Shown one piece after another: positions 63,791-64,000 of a stretch of 64,000 nt of DNA; positions within the stretch are counted from its first letter, which is position 1; the number at the start of each line of letters is the position of its first letter. Location of the stretch: contig NC_068991.1 of assembly GCF_001194135.2 (NCBI RefSeq), forward strand, positions 44,276,250 through 44,340,249. Direction: 5' to 3'. The notes below the pieces were generated by a model. That model ran no database searches, was not told the DNA's origin, and worked only from the letters and a program-made list of their open reading frames with translations. The DNA is from Octopus bimaculoides. Its lineage: Eukaryota. The position numbers were made by a program, and so were the translations under genes.

Positions 63791-64000
63791 TTACTCTTTT
63801 ACTTGTTTCAGTCATTTGACTGAGGCCATGCTAGAGCACCGCCTTTAGTCGAGCAAATCGACCCCAAGACTTATTCTTTGGAAGCCTAGTACTTATTCTA
63901 TCGGTCTCTTTTGCCGAACCGCTAAGTTACGGGGGTGTAAATACACCAGCATCAGTTGTCAAGCGATGTGGGGGGGGGGACAAACACACACACACACACA
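63791..64000 (-). mobile_element. Young CORE-type SINE, 3' half, continuing past the window end
   Basis: Reverse complement aligns closely by eye to 51170-51345 (tagaataagtactaggctt, ggggtcgatttgctc, ctaaaggcggtgctc, cagtcaaatgactga). Confidence 0.9.

Overview
This is AT-rich animal genomic DNA from a gapped draft assembly (12 N-gaps, many microsatellites). The repeat content suggests an octopus or other cephalopod, which is an inference. The whole window lies inside one + strand gene, a MARK/Par-1 family Ser/Thr kinase. I reconstructed 10 exons with GT-AG boundaries and consistent phases, running from kinase subdomain III to the UBA domain; the 5' and 3' exons lie outside the window. The strongest finding is a tandem pair of homologous 100-nt exons (26126-26225 and 26702-26801) encoding two versions of the kinase C-terminus, common-docking (CD) motif and UBA linker. 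Frame arithmetic allows only one of them in a productive mRNA, and they differ by 6 net charge units. They are followed by a 36.7-kb intron containing several candidate frame-preserving phase-1 cassette or micro-exons (3, 21, 51, 18 and 6 nt) that would insert at the same linker/UBA junction. These candidates rest on splice signals alone and need RNA-seq. The rest is decayed RTE and CR1-like LINEs, mariner/Tc1 transposons, CORE-type tRNA-derived SINEs, a TTAA MITE and simple repeats. I found no tRNA, rRNA or CRISPR features.
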